The position numbers and the translations under genes were made by a program. A stretch of 64,000 bases of DNA from Octopus sinensis (taxonomy: Eukaryota), in contig NC_043020.1 of assembly GCF_006345805.1 (NCBI RefSeq), forward strand, positions 22,382,001-22,446,000, written 5' to 3'. The notes beneath the pieces were generated by a model. The model saw nothing but the letters and a program-made list of their open reading frames with translations. It did no database searches and had not been told where the DNA came from. Positions 10,703-22,771 of the stretch are shown piece by piece (within the stretch, counting starts at the first letter, position 1; the number at the start of each line of letters is the position of its first letter).

Positions 10703-11248
10703 CGAGTGGGGGTGGCATAGTTACCTTGCTCCCTAAACTTCGGTACACAGGGCGGTTTGTAGGAGCCTCGGAAAGTGCTCTCTCTGGAAAACTGTGCACG
10801 TTCCTCGAGTGTAAAAATACCCGGATGTCCGTAACGTAATTCATCAATACCAGATGGTAAAACATTCTCATCTTTTAACTCTAGGACTCTTCTCTGAAAG
10901 AAGAAAATAAGAAAGAGAAAGAGAGGAAAAGAATGAGAGAGAGAAATTAAGAACAAAACAAGAGAGATTTGGAAGAATCCGCTCCCCTCCGTCTTCATTT
11001 TGTTTCATTTCAACGAATAATTATTTTACTTCTATATACTGACCAATAATCTCGCTGCAAATCAGCAAGAGCAGAACTGTGTCTGTGACCAGGTTGCAGA
11101 TTGTGCGACGAAAATGTTGATACCAAATAATAAAAGTTCAAGCAAAGTTATTATGTGTTTTTGAGTGGTTAATATGTGTCTTCCACGCTGTAATTGTTAT
11201 GTGTATCTATGTATTTATGTGTCTATGTATTTTATATGTGGTGGGGGG

Positions 11249-12262
11249 GGGTCTGTTCAATTTGGCTCACAGATTTTTTAATAATTCTTTTTTTTTTAAC
11301 CAAACAGTTTGAAACTTCGTATATTGGTGGAATTTCTCACTCAGAATACGGTTTACTTTGAACATTTTTGACAAAATTTCGTATTTTAGAAGTTTTTTTG
11401 TGTTAAAGTTGTCGTATTTGGGTAAGAGCTACGAGTCCGCAGCCAGCTTTTTTGGTTGTTGACGTGTATGTAGTTTCAAAATGCCTTGTTTTACTGCTAC
11501 GTAATGTATTGTTATCGTTATGATTTTACCTTACTATAATCAACAACAAACACATGTCGTCAATATAAAAGTCTTTATTAGATTAAAAATAACATTATCA
11601 AAACATTAAGGTAAAACAAAATACATATGCACCAATGTACAGTAGCCGTAAGCCGCACTCTAAATTTTCCAGGTAAAAAATAGCGGCTTATACACCGGAA
11701 AATACAGTAATTGTAATGGCAACATCAAGTTCGCTCGCTGGTTGCTAGTGGCTGTCTGCCAGTAGGGAGGGAAAGAGTTAGGAATGCAGGGTGCTGACTA
11801 GAAAGGAAGAAAAGGTAAAAGTCGCATCGTCTTCGCTCGATATATGAATAGAACAGAGTGGTGACATTTAGCAGAGATGACCTGATGTCTTGCAAACAAC
11901 TTGCACATGCAAGTGCTACCAGTCAAAAACTCCGAATACCGGAAGCCAGCAAGTGTATGGGGTCATCAGGAGAGAATGCGCGCCGTTTCGGGGCTTACCT
12001 CTCGACGGCATCAATGCGCACCGGCCCCCCTCACTGATATGAGGCCGCGCTTGCTTTCTTCGGCTGAATACACTTCGTTGATTGGCTAAAATTACCCAAA
12101 TAAGACGATTTTAACACGAAATAACTTCTAAAATACGGAATTTTGTCAAAAATGATCAAGTAAACCGTGTTCTGGGTGAGAAATTCCACCAGTATACGAA
12201 GTTTCAAATTGTTTACTTTAAAAGAATCATTTAAAAATCTGCCCACCAAACTGAACAGATCC
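11249..12262. mobile_element. non-autonomous element with about 175-bp terminal inverted repeats
   Basis: 11249-11425 is the diverged reverse complement of 12092-12262. No coding capacity was seen inside. Confidence 0.75.
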
Positions 12263-12317
<55 letters not shown>

Positions 12318-12439
12318 TTTATAATTGTGCCCACGGCCCTTTGAGTCTGGTGAGTCGCCTACACAGCTAAGCACCTACGAAGCGCTTAGGTGTATAGCCG
12401 AGTCGTCAGATATACAGACTCGTATACAGATAACGCTTA

Positions 12440-12564
12440 AGCTCTACTTTTGTATTTGTCCCCTCTGTGTTCATCCCTGTGTGGCTAATAAAGAAAGTTA
12501 TCTGTCTATGCGTCTGTGTACTTATCGTCCCTTCTGTTTTCAGTCCTATGTGACCAATAAAGAA

Positions 12565-12566
<2 letters not shown>
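12440..12566 (+). mobile_element. two tandem short Tx1-type 3' ends
   Basis: AGCTCTAC...CCCTGTGTGGCTAATAAAGAAA matches the 3' end of the 17043-25137 element. A second end, CCTATGTGACCAATAAAGAA, runs into (ATCT)n. Confidence 0.75.
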
Positions 12567-12622
<56 letters not shown>

Positions 12623-12635
12623 ATATATATATATA

Positions 12636-12676
<41 letters not shown>

Positions 12677-12718
12677 GTCTGTCTATCCATCCGTCTGTCT
12701 GTCTATCTATCTAACTAT
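12566..12718. repeat. (ATCT)n/(AT)n/(GTCT)n microsatellite
   Basis: Direct reading. Confidence 0.95.
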
Positions 12719-12952
12719 CGATGCAGTGGAACTACCCGATCTCAGATTGTACGACGAAAACTTTGATAGCAAATAATAAATGCTTGGGGGAAGTTAACAG
12801 TCTTTTTTTCGTTTTGAATTGCTAATGTCTGGCTTCTTCCCGCGGTGTAAATTTTGAAACAATTAGCAGCTAAATCTCCCTCAAATCACATCCAACGTCC
12901 TTTAAAGACAAAACAAGAATTCGTTAGGTTTCGTACTCAGATAGATAGATAG

Positions 12953-12983
<31 letters not shown>

Positions 12984-13489
12984 CATGTAATAAATAAATG
13001 ATTATATATATATATATACACACACATACACATAATTGTTATCTTGCCGTTTATACCAATATATATATATATATATATACTTAGGTGAAACTGGATTTTT
13101 TTCAAAACGGCGGGATGGCCACAGTTGGAGCTCCTTTGGTTTTATAACTCTATTCAGTAGGCTCTTACCTGAGGACTAATCAACAACGGCACAGCACAGA
13201 TAGACAGACAGACAGACATCTCACCTCTTCGAACCAGTTTTTCAAGAGACATTTGTTACGAGACTCGGACACTTCGACGGATGACTTCAAAGGAATGGTA
13301 TCCATATTCTGCAGAGTTTTTGGTAAAGAATCCTCACACACTCATTCACCGACTGGCTGGCTCTAATCGTGACTGGCTGTTTGTTTAGCTGTTGTCATAG
13401 TTACCTCTAATCACGACCTCTGGCGGCTGGTTTTGCCTGATTGTTTTCTGTTGGATCTTTTATGCGCGATCAGCCATACTTTGTGAATG

Positions 13490-13526
<37 letters not shown>

Positions 13527-13597
13527 TTCTCCCTCTCTCTCTCTATCTATCTATCTATCTCTATTTCTCTCTCTCTCTCTATCTATCTATCTCTATT

Positions 13598-13628
<31 letters not shown>

Positions 13629-13671
13629 CTCTATTTCTCTCTCTCTTTCTATCTATCTATCTATCTCTATT

Positions 13672-13707
<36 letters not shown>

Positions 13708-13711
13708 TATT

Positions 13712-13744
<33 letters not shown>

Positions 13745-13805
13745 CTCTATTTCTCTCTCTGCCTCTCTCCCTCTCTCTCTCCTTCTCCCCCCCTCTCTCT
13801 CTCTC
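13490..13805. repeat. compound (CT)n/(ATCT)n array with a recurring CTATTT spacer
   Basis: Direct reading. Confidence 0.9.
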
Positions 13806-14642
13806 AACTCATTTTCTAGAGAATGAAATGAATGAAGGAACGAAGGAGTTTTTGAATGAATCTGCTCACCGGAAGACAAGCGATGTAAGACAAACACGCG
13901 CACACAGACACACAGACACGTGTGTGTGTGTGCGTGTATTCATCCATGCATGTAGTTATGTACGGACGTGGATACGTATATATGTATGTATGTATTATGT
14001 ATGTGTGTATGAGTGTTCGTATGTATGAGTCTTTTTATGTATGTATGTATGCATACATGCAAGTATGTATATAAGTGTGCACGCAAGTATGTTTGTATAT
14101 ATGTATATTTGTGTATGTGCATATATATGTATGTATGAGTGTGTTTGTGCGTGTGTGTGCGTATGCATGAATTCATTTATGTATGTATGTATGTACGGCG
14201 GGCTTCTAAGCAGCTTCCGTGAACCAAATTCACTCACAAAGCCTTAGCATGGGGCCTTCGACCCCATGCTCAAGGTGGTGCACAATTGGACCGAACCCAA
14301 GGCCAGGTTGTCTCAAAACGTACTTCTTAACCATCAAACCTTCCTATGGAAGCCTTTTGTATCGAGCAGTTACAATTTAATTGATAATTTGATCCGATAA
14401 CATTTAAGTGGGTCCTTAGTATCGATAACATAAAATTTAGAACAGTAAGCGGACCCTAAATATGGAATCGTGTTGTCCGGAGAATTTACATAATCCATTC
14501 TATGTAGCCCCAGTCTGGGTAGGCAGCTCCCAGGAAGTATGATCCAACGATGGAGCATCAACGTGGTTGCTCGGTCAGTAGGAAGTAGCAGCCAAATCTC
14601 CTTCAAATCTTACGTCACTCTATTAGTAAATGTCATTTAAAC

Positions 14643-14921
14643 CAGTGCTTCTTAAAGTGGTGGTCACGGACCGGTGCCGGTCCGCGAGCCATCAGCTTCT
14701 GGTACGTGGCGAGTTTCCAGAAAAGAAAGAAATATTATCAAATGCTTATGTAATATTATATTATTTGTTTACAAAATAAATATAAGATAGAAAAACAATT
14801 GTCAACTGTTATTATATTCATTATATATATTGTTTCCAGTGTAAATTAATATTACAAAAAATATTACCACATTGGGAAAAAAACTGCCGATACGCCATAT
14901 CAGATAATTTGAGAAGCACTG
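14643..14921. mobile_element. hAT-type MITE
   Basis: TIRs CAGTGCTTCTTAAA / TTTGAGAAGCACTG (13 of 14 match); no 8-bp TSD preserved. Confidence 0.75.
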
Positions 14922-15344
14922 TTCCAGGATACATGCTAAGCAGGAAAAGACTGGGTGTGCACGGACGGAATGGCTTTGATTGTTTCAAATAGATTTTTGG
15001 CTTTTATTTCGGAGTTTTTTTTTTCATGATGGAATTCTTGCGCTCATCCCAATTTACATGTATAAAACCACCTCAGTCTCACCTGTCTAGGCGAGGAAGA
15101 ACTCTTAGAAAGTTACCTTTCTTTCCCTCTGGCTTGACAAAAAATTAGAAAAACTAAAAAAAAAAAATCGAAAGTGACCCTTTTTGATGTAAGAGGCTAA
15201 AATTTCTATTGAAGCAAAGGAAAACATCTTTTTTCTTAGCTTTTTTTTAAATTAGTTTTCATGGGAGACAACTCCTCCAACAAACTTTGCTGGGTTGTCT
15301 TTCTTAGATTTGTCTATGATGGAAATAATCCTTTCTCCGAAGCC

Positions 15345-15535
15345 AACAATTTCGGTGGGGGACAGGGATGAGTCGATTACATCGACCTCAGTGCGTAACT
15401 GGTACGTATTTTGTCGACCTTTTGAAAGGATGAAAGGTAGAGTCGACCTCGGCGGAATTTGAACTCAGAACGCAGCGGCAGACGAAATGCCGCTAAGCAT
15501 TTTGCCCGGCATGCTAACGATTCTGCCACCTCGCC
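15345..15535 (-). mobile_element. tRNA-derived SINE (family 2)
   Basis: A box TGGCAGAATCG, B box GAGTTCAAATTCC and central GTCGACT..CCTTTCATCCTTTC..GTCGA motif resembling Nin/Deu-type SINE bodies. Dozens of copies occur in the window. Confidence 0.85.
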
Positions 15536-15898
15536 GACTTTTACGACAGAAATAATGCTTTCTAACTTAGACACAAGGCCTGTAATTTTGAGGGGATGGG
15601 GTCAAGTCGATACCATTGATCTCAGTTTGCGATTGGTTTTTTATTATGTCGAACGCCGTAAGAATGAAAGGTAAAGTTGACTTTAACAAGATTTGATCCC
15701 AGAACGCAAAGAAACGATAGAAAAGCCAACGCTAAAACGATTCTCCGACTCCAGTACCCTTGGTTTCTGATTTGGGCCCCTAATTTTAAGGAGATAGGAT
15801 TAGTCGATATCATCGTCTTGTACTTTATTTTATCAACCTCAAAAGGATGCAAAATGCACCTCAGCAACATTAAAATACAGAATATTTGGAGCCGGAAC

Positions 15899-16548
15899 CA
15901 GCGGCGGCTCGTGTATAGGCACTGCGGCACCCCTTATTTCCACTCGATATAATGAGTCCTTTTTTTCTTTAATTCTTTCTTTATACTTGTGCATTATATA
16001 ATCCTTAAGCTTAATGTCAGTAGCAATCCCCTAGTTTATGAAAAAAATACAAAAATCCTTGTCTAGAACTGTGTGCTTCACAATTCCAGCGACGCGGTAT
16101 TTTGCTGTTGTGCGCATGTTCATATGTCCGAGATAGGAAGCTTCACACTAGGGAGAGAGAGAGAGAACACTGCGTGAACGACAGTTCCGGTTGAAAGGTA
16201 GCGTTATTTTGTTGTTTTCTCTACTCCGCATGTGTTGTTCTTAAAAACGTGTTTATATTCTTGAATGTGATAACGCCTGCTTCCAGCTTCAGTGTGGCTG
16301 CCAGGATTTGAAAAATAGAGCAAATTTTTCCTCATTTATTTTGTGATTTGAAAAATAAGGGGGAATTCGTGGTAATGTTCAGTGAACAAATTAAACACAC
16401 TACCCGACAGTGGCTAAAACATGAACCGATCAAGCTTATGGATAAATATTCTTTTTATATGTTTGTGTTCTTTTACACACTTTTGAAACAATGGCTAAAA
16501 AATTTCTGAAGCACCACCCCAACTAATTTTATTTACAAGCCGCCACTG
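15899..16548. mobile_element. probable hAT-like MITE
   Basis: Termini CAGCGGCGGCTCGT / ACAAGCCGCCACTG; the flanks GCCGGAAC and GTCAAAAC match at 5 of 8 positions. Confidence 0.55.
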
Positions 16549-16978
16549 GTCAAAACAAACATTGGTCTCAGATTTTGGCACAAGGCCAGCAGGGGGGAGG
16601 GGCTGAGTGGATTACATCAACCCCAGTATTCAGCTGGTACTTGTTTTATTGAACCCGAAAGAATAAAAGGCTACGTCGACCTCAGAACACGAAGACAGAT
16701 GAAATGCCGTTAAGTATTTTGTCCGCGACGCTAAACTTTCAAACGTTTTGCTGCCTTTGTGATAGAAAATAATATTTTCTTTTATAAGCAAGAGGCCTGG
16801 AATTTAGCCGGGGGGGGGGGTCAATTACATCAATCCCAATATTCAACTGGTATATTTTTTTTTTCGACATCGAAAAGATGAAAAGCAAAGTTGAGCTCGG
16901 CAGAATTGTGACAAAAAATGATAAAATGATGAACCAGATAAGAGAGAGAGGGAGGGAGACAAACAGACAGAGTAGGAC

Positions 16979-17042
<64 letters not shown>
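16979..17042. repeat. (AGAT)16 array abutting the Tx1 3' end
   Basis: Direct reading. Confidence 0.97.
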
Positions 17043-17043
<1 letters not shown>

Positions 17044-17424
17044 TGTTTCTTTATTAGCCACACAGGGCTGCACACAGATAGAACAAATTACAAGGTAGAG
17101 CTTTTCTTTTGAAGGTTTAAAAAAAAAAAAAAAAAAAAGGAAGGGGGAGTTTCGATCAAAAGGGATCGTAAAAGGAGAGAAAGAGGACAAAAAAAAGGGG
17201 GGTTAAAAAAAAGGGGGAGAGGAAAAAAAAATTGATCAATAGGGATCGTTATCACAGAAATGTCAATATGAAGTGTAAAGGGGAGGACAGGTGAGGTTTA
17301 CCCGTGGAAAGAAAAGCCTACGGAAAAGACCACGGTAACCTCGGTCAATGAAGTCACATTTTATATTTCTTTTTTTTTTTTTTTTTTTTGCAAATAAGCA
17401 ACTCTCTGTTTTCGATTTCTGGGT

Positions 17425-20400
17425 TCATAGGACTATGCTCAAGGTGGCTTCGTCATTCATACGTGCCATTCTTGCTACATTCACCCATCTTTTTTTAAAA
17501 CATTCGCTAGACAAAACTTGCCTCTCTACTCTCACTTTCCTTTTCAAGTGGTACTTGAAGAAGTTGATGAGAGATTGACCAGAGAGGAAAGTGTTTGTCT
17601 CCAATCCTTTCAGACGCGTCCACCAGATACATTCTTTCGCCATAGCCACAAGGATGATGAAAATAGCTCTTCCTTCCCGTTTGAAGGAAGGAGCGTGACA
17701 ATATTGACGATAGACTCAGCTGATAAACCGACTCGTCCCACACGTGACAGCAGTTGTTCGACATAAGCCCACAGGTCGGAAATTGTTGGACACTGAACGA
17801 GTGCGTGCAGAACGGTTTCGTCGCTCTGACCGCATCTCAGGCAGGTCGGCCCCGTGTTTCTCGAGCCGTGTCTGTAGAGCTTATCCCGAACGGGTAGCGC
17901 TTCTCGGTAGCACTGCCAGGCCAGGGATCTCTGGAAGTTGTCCATGGGCCCTGGCCCGAAAGTCGTCCTGAACAGGCGGGTCAGGTACTCCTCGTCGACG
18001 TCCAGGTTCGCCCCGAGCTCGTCGTCGTACCTCCCCTCCACTAAACCCCTATAGAATGCTTTGGTTGTGTTGAAGTCACTTAAGGTCGGCCTCTTTTTGA
18101 TCCACGACTGCAGTTCGGTCATGGAGACGAGCTGCGGGAAAGCGTGCCTCACAAACGGCGACCACACCTGTTCACCGTCGTCTACATAGAGCCAGAGATG
18201 TCGCAGTCTCAGCGCGTGTCTGCGCATCATCAACCACGGCATGCCCAGCCCTCCTTTTAACGGGTGTTGACAGCAAATGGATCGCCTGACCATCGGGACG
18301 CATCCTTTCCACAAGAAGCGAAAGAGGATGCGTTGTAGTTTGGTGATGGTAGGGTCGGGACAAGGTACGACGGTCAGGCGGTAGTAGATGACGGACGCGA
18401 TGTACGTGTTCGCCATCTCCGCTCGACCTTTTAGGGACAGTTTCCTCTCGGCCCATTGCCGGGCGAGAGTGACCACCCTACTCGTTATCTCGTTCCAGTT
18501 CTTCTCCACTTGGAGGTCCGGACCAAACCAGACCCCGAGCAACTCAACCGGGCCGTCGGTCCAGCGTCCCACGACGGAGGCGCTGGTGGACGGCATGGGC
18601 TTGCTTCTCCAGGTGCCTAGTCGCAAGCCCACTGACTTTTCCCGGTTGATTTTCGCTCCTGTCACCGCTTCGTAGTTTTTCAGTGTCTCGCCGACCAGCT
18701 CGATGTGCTCGTGGCTAGACACTATGACGGTGACGTCGTCCGCGTATGCAGACACGCTCGTCCCGCATCCCAATTCTCGCGGGATGCCCCTTAGAGTCAC
18801 CAGCTTCCGCAGTAGTGGCTCAAGAGTCAATACGTATAGAAGCGCCGAGAGGGGGCATCCCTGACGGACCGAACGTGCAATGTCGAAAGGTCTCGATAGA
18901 TGTCCATTTACGCGAATTACCGAACGGATGCCTCTGTACAAGGCAGCTATCCAGCCGCGGAAGACGGGACCGAAACCAGCCGCTCTCAGGACTGCCTCCA
19001 AGTATCGATGGTCTACCCTATCAAAGGCTTTCGATTGATCCAAGTTGATCAGGGCCCCACCCATGCCAGGTTCGTTAACTACCCTGTCTATGATGTAGCG
19101 CATCAGATGGAGGTTGTCATGGATGGTCCGGCCTGGCACGGCGCATGTTTGCGCCTTGTCGACCAGTTTCTCGATGACAAGCGCCAACCTCTTGGCTAGC
19201 ACCTTGGCCAAAATTTTCAAGTCTGCATTAAGCAGAGTGATGGGCCTAAAGTTATCTATTACATTTCCCTTGTTTAGATCTTTCTTCAGCAGTGTTACGG
19301 CTCCTCGGCTCACAAAACCAGGAATGCTCCCGTTTTGCTGCCAGTTGCAGTACACCGCCGCCAAGAGATCTCCAAACAAGTCTGGCATACAATTGTAAAG
19401 CTCGTAGGGTAGACCATCCAAACCCGGTGATTTGTCCCTCGAGCATTCTGCCATCGCTTCCCGCACTTCCGCCGCCGTGATGGCACCTTCGCAGCACCCT
19501 GCCTTTCTTGTCGAGAGTCGTGGTAGGCTATGTAGGTAGGCACTGAAGTCCACCCTACGTTCTTGCCCTCCACTCGTTCCGAACAGTCGGGCAAAATGCT
19601 GCTGAAAGGCCTCACACATTTTACTTGGCTCGAGCAATTCGCGCCCCTGTTCATCTACCAGTGACCGAATGGTGGCTTTGTTGCCCTGTTGCGCCTCTGC
19701 CACCCGGGCCTCTCTCGCGGCTCCAACACCTTCGTTCCTTAGAGCACGCATCCTAGCTCTGACAGCACATCCTTCGTGTTTGGCGTTGAAGTGTTGGTCG
19801 AGGGCCAACCTCGCCGCCAAAACGTCGGATGCGATGCCGCTTCTAATTGCCTCTTCTAGCTTCTTAACTAGCTCACCCTCTACTCTATTTCTATCTATGG
19901 CTAGTGCTTTGCTGTACCTAATCGCTTCTGCTTTTACTGCTCTCTTGAGGGCAAACCACCATTTGTTGTTGATGATGGCTCCCGTCAAAGCCCTCTTTAC
20001 TAGTGTGCTAATCCGGTCTCTGAAAACTTGTCTCGATGGGAAAGACGCGTTTAGTTTCCAGTATCCGGGACCCTGCCTAAGTGTCTTACCTAAGTCTAGC
20101 GTACATGTCACAAGTTTGTGATCCGTGTAGCTGACTATGTGGAATTGTGGACATCCTATGCTATCTCTATCTACTGTCCTACACAGTATCCTATCTAGAT
20201 ACGATCTCGACGACCCGATGCGGTTGCTCCATGTCCACGTTGGCGCATCGGGTGGTCTAGTCGGAACCTGTCAGACAGTTGAAAGCGTCTGAGCAGGTCT
20301 CTGAGGCATTTGCATCCCCGTCTATTCCTATCTCTACCCACGTAGTCTACATGCGTGTCCAAGGTAGCATTCCAATCCCCCACTAAGAGTAAAGGACGAG

Positions 20401-20570
20401 ACGTTCCCAAGAAAACTTCTAGACGTTGAAAGAAATCCGCCCGACCTGTTAAGGGCGGTGCGTAAACTGATACGAGTCGAAAAGCGCACCCATTGCTGCC
20501 GTCGACATCCAGGACGACCAGTCTACCCTCCGGGTCTACGAATATTGTCCTTACTTTGAGATCCAGACTC
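17425..20570 (-). pseudogene. Tx1 ORF2 copy B (mid-endonuclease to C-terminus); includes an 833-codon open stretch
   Basis: Same motifs as copy A plus CLRCGQSDETVLHALVQC. Frameshifts at about 20230 and 17690; the true C-terminus is in ORF 17425-17649. Confidence 0.9.
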
Positions 20571-22730
20571 TTTTCCCGGTTAATTTTTGCTCCCGTTACC
20601 GCTTCGTATTCTTTCAGTGTCTCGCCAACCAGCTCGATGTGCTCGTAGCTCGACACTATGACGGTGACGTCATCCGCGTATGCAGACACGCTCCTCCCGC
20701 ATCCCAGCTCTCGTGGGATGCCCCTCAGCGTCGCCAGTTTCCGCAGTAGTGGCTCAAGAGTCAGTACATACAGCAGCGACGAGAGGCGGCATCCCTGACG
20801 AACTGAACGCATGATGTTAAAAGGTCTGGATAGATGACCATTTACGCGAACTACTGAGCGGATGCCGCTGTATAAGGCAGCGATCCAACCGCGGAAAACT
20901 GGACCGAAACCAGCCGCTTTGAGGACAGCCTCCAAGTAGTGATGGTCTACCCTATCGAAGGCTTTTGATTGATCCAAATTGATCAGCGCCCCACCCATGC
21001 CAGGATTTTTAACTACCCTGTCTATGATGTAGCGCATCAGATGGAGGTTGTCATGAATACTTCTACCCGGCACGGCGCATGTTTGCGCCTTGTCGATTAG
21101 TTTCTTGATGACAAGCGCCAACCTCTCGGCTAACACCTTGGCCAAAATTTTCAAATCTGCGTTGAGCAGAGTGATGGGCCTGAAATTATCTATGACGTCC
21201 CCCTTGTTTGGGTCTTTCTTGATCAGTGCCACTGCTCCTCGCTTTACAAAAGCAGGAATACTCCCGTTCTGCTGCCAGTTGCAGTAGACAGCTGCCAAGA
21301 CGCCTCCAAACAAGTCTGGCATATGAAAATAAAATTCGTAGGGCAGACCATCCAAGCCTGGTGACTTGTCTCTCGCGCAGCCTACCATCGCATCCTGTAC
21401 GTCCGCAGCTGTGATAGGCTTTTCACAAGACTCCACCTCCCTTGCTGAGAGTCGTGGCAAGGCATGCAGGTAGGCACTAAAGTCCACTCTGCTTTCTGAC
21501 TCACCACTTGTCCCAAACAGTTGGGTGAAGTGTTGTTGAAAAACCCCACACATCCTTTTAGGCTCGAGCATTTCGCGCCCCTGTTCATCTATAAGAGACT
21601 TGATGGTGGCTCTGTTGCCTCGTTGCGTCTCCACCACTCGGGCCTCTTGGGCAGCTCCAACTCCTTCGTTCCTCAGAGCACGCATCCTAGATCTGACAGC
21701 GCATCCCTCGTGTTTGGCGTTGAGGTGTTGGTCGAGGGCCAATCTCGCCGCCAGCACGTTGGACGCGATGCCAGTTCTAAGTGCCTCTTCTAAAACCTTA
21801 ACTAATTCTCCCTCTATTCTATTTCAGTCTAATGCTAGGGCTCTACTGTATCTGACTGATTCTGCTTTAATCGCTTTTTTTAGGGCATACCACCATCTGT
21901 TGTTGATGATGGTACCCGTCAAAGCTCTCTTAACTAATGTGCTGATCCGGTCCCTGTAAACCTGTCGTGCTGTAAAAGACGCGTTCAGTTTCCAGTAACC
22001 AGGACCCTGCCTATGTGTCTTATCTAAGTCAAGTGTACAAGTCACAAACTTGTGATCTGTGTAACTGACTATATGAAATTGTGGACAACCTACACTATTT
22101 TTATCTATTGTCCTACAGAATACTCTATCTAAGTATGATCTGGACGACCGATGCGGTTACTCCATGTCCACATTGGCACATTCGGGTGGTCCAGTCGGTA
22201 CCTGTCAGACAGTTGGAAACGTCTGAGCAGGTCTTTGAGGCATTTGCATCCCCTTCTATTGCTATCTCTGCCCACGTAGTCTAGATGCGTGTCCAGGGTG
22301 GCATTCCAATCCCCCACTAAAAGTAAAGGACGAGACGTTCCCATGAAAGACTCTAGACGTCGAAAGAAATCTGGTCGGCTTGTTAAGGACGGAGCATAAA
22401 CTGCTATCAGTCGAAAAGCACACTCATTGCTGCCATCGACATCCAAAACGACCAGCCTACCCTCCGGGTCTAGGAAATTTGCTCTTACTTTGAGATCCAG
22501 ACTCTTCCGGATAAGCACCGCGGTGCCACCTCCGCCCATTCTCGGTAGACACGGAGAAAATAAATGTTGAAATGTGTACCGAAAATGTGCTGGAGTGCCC
22601 GCAAGCTGTGGAGTCTGGTCTCACTGATGGCTATGATATTCAGATTTAGTGACTTGATGTCATTTAACAGGTAGCCTTGTTTCCAAGGCGACCCCAAGCC
22701 ACGTACATTTATACTACCTATTCTGAGCAT
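20571..22730 (-). pseudogene. Tx1 ORF2 copy A (endonuclease to RT INREKS); two frameshifts and one stop
   Basis: MLRIGSINVRGL, ISETRL, VYAP, GDWN, TDH, GPGYWKLN, NFRPITLLN, LDQSKAFD, QGC, YADD. Confidence 0.9.
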
Positions 22731-22771
22731 GTTCCGATAAAAGTGCAAAAAAGGAAAAGGAGAGAGAAAGG

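Noticed and set aside
11955-12005. CTGATGA and GAAAC on the minus strand suggesting a hammerhead
   Set aside because: The order is reversed and the flanking CCCC/CCCC cannot form stem II.
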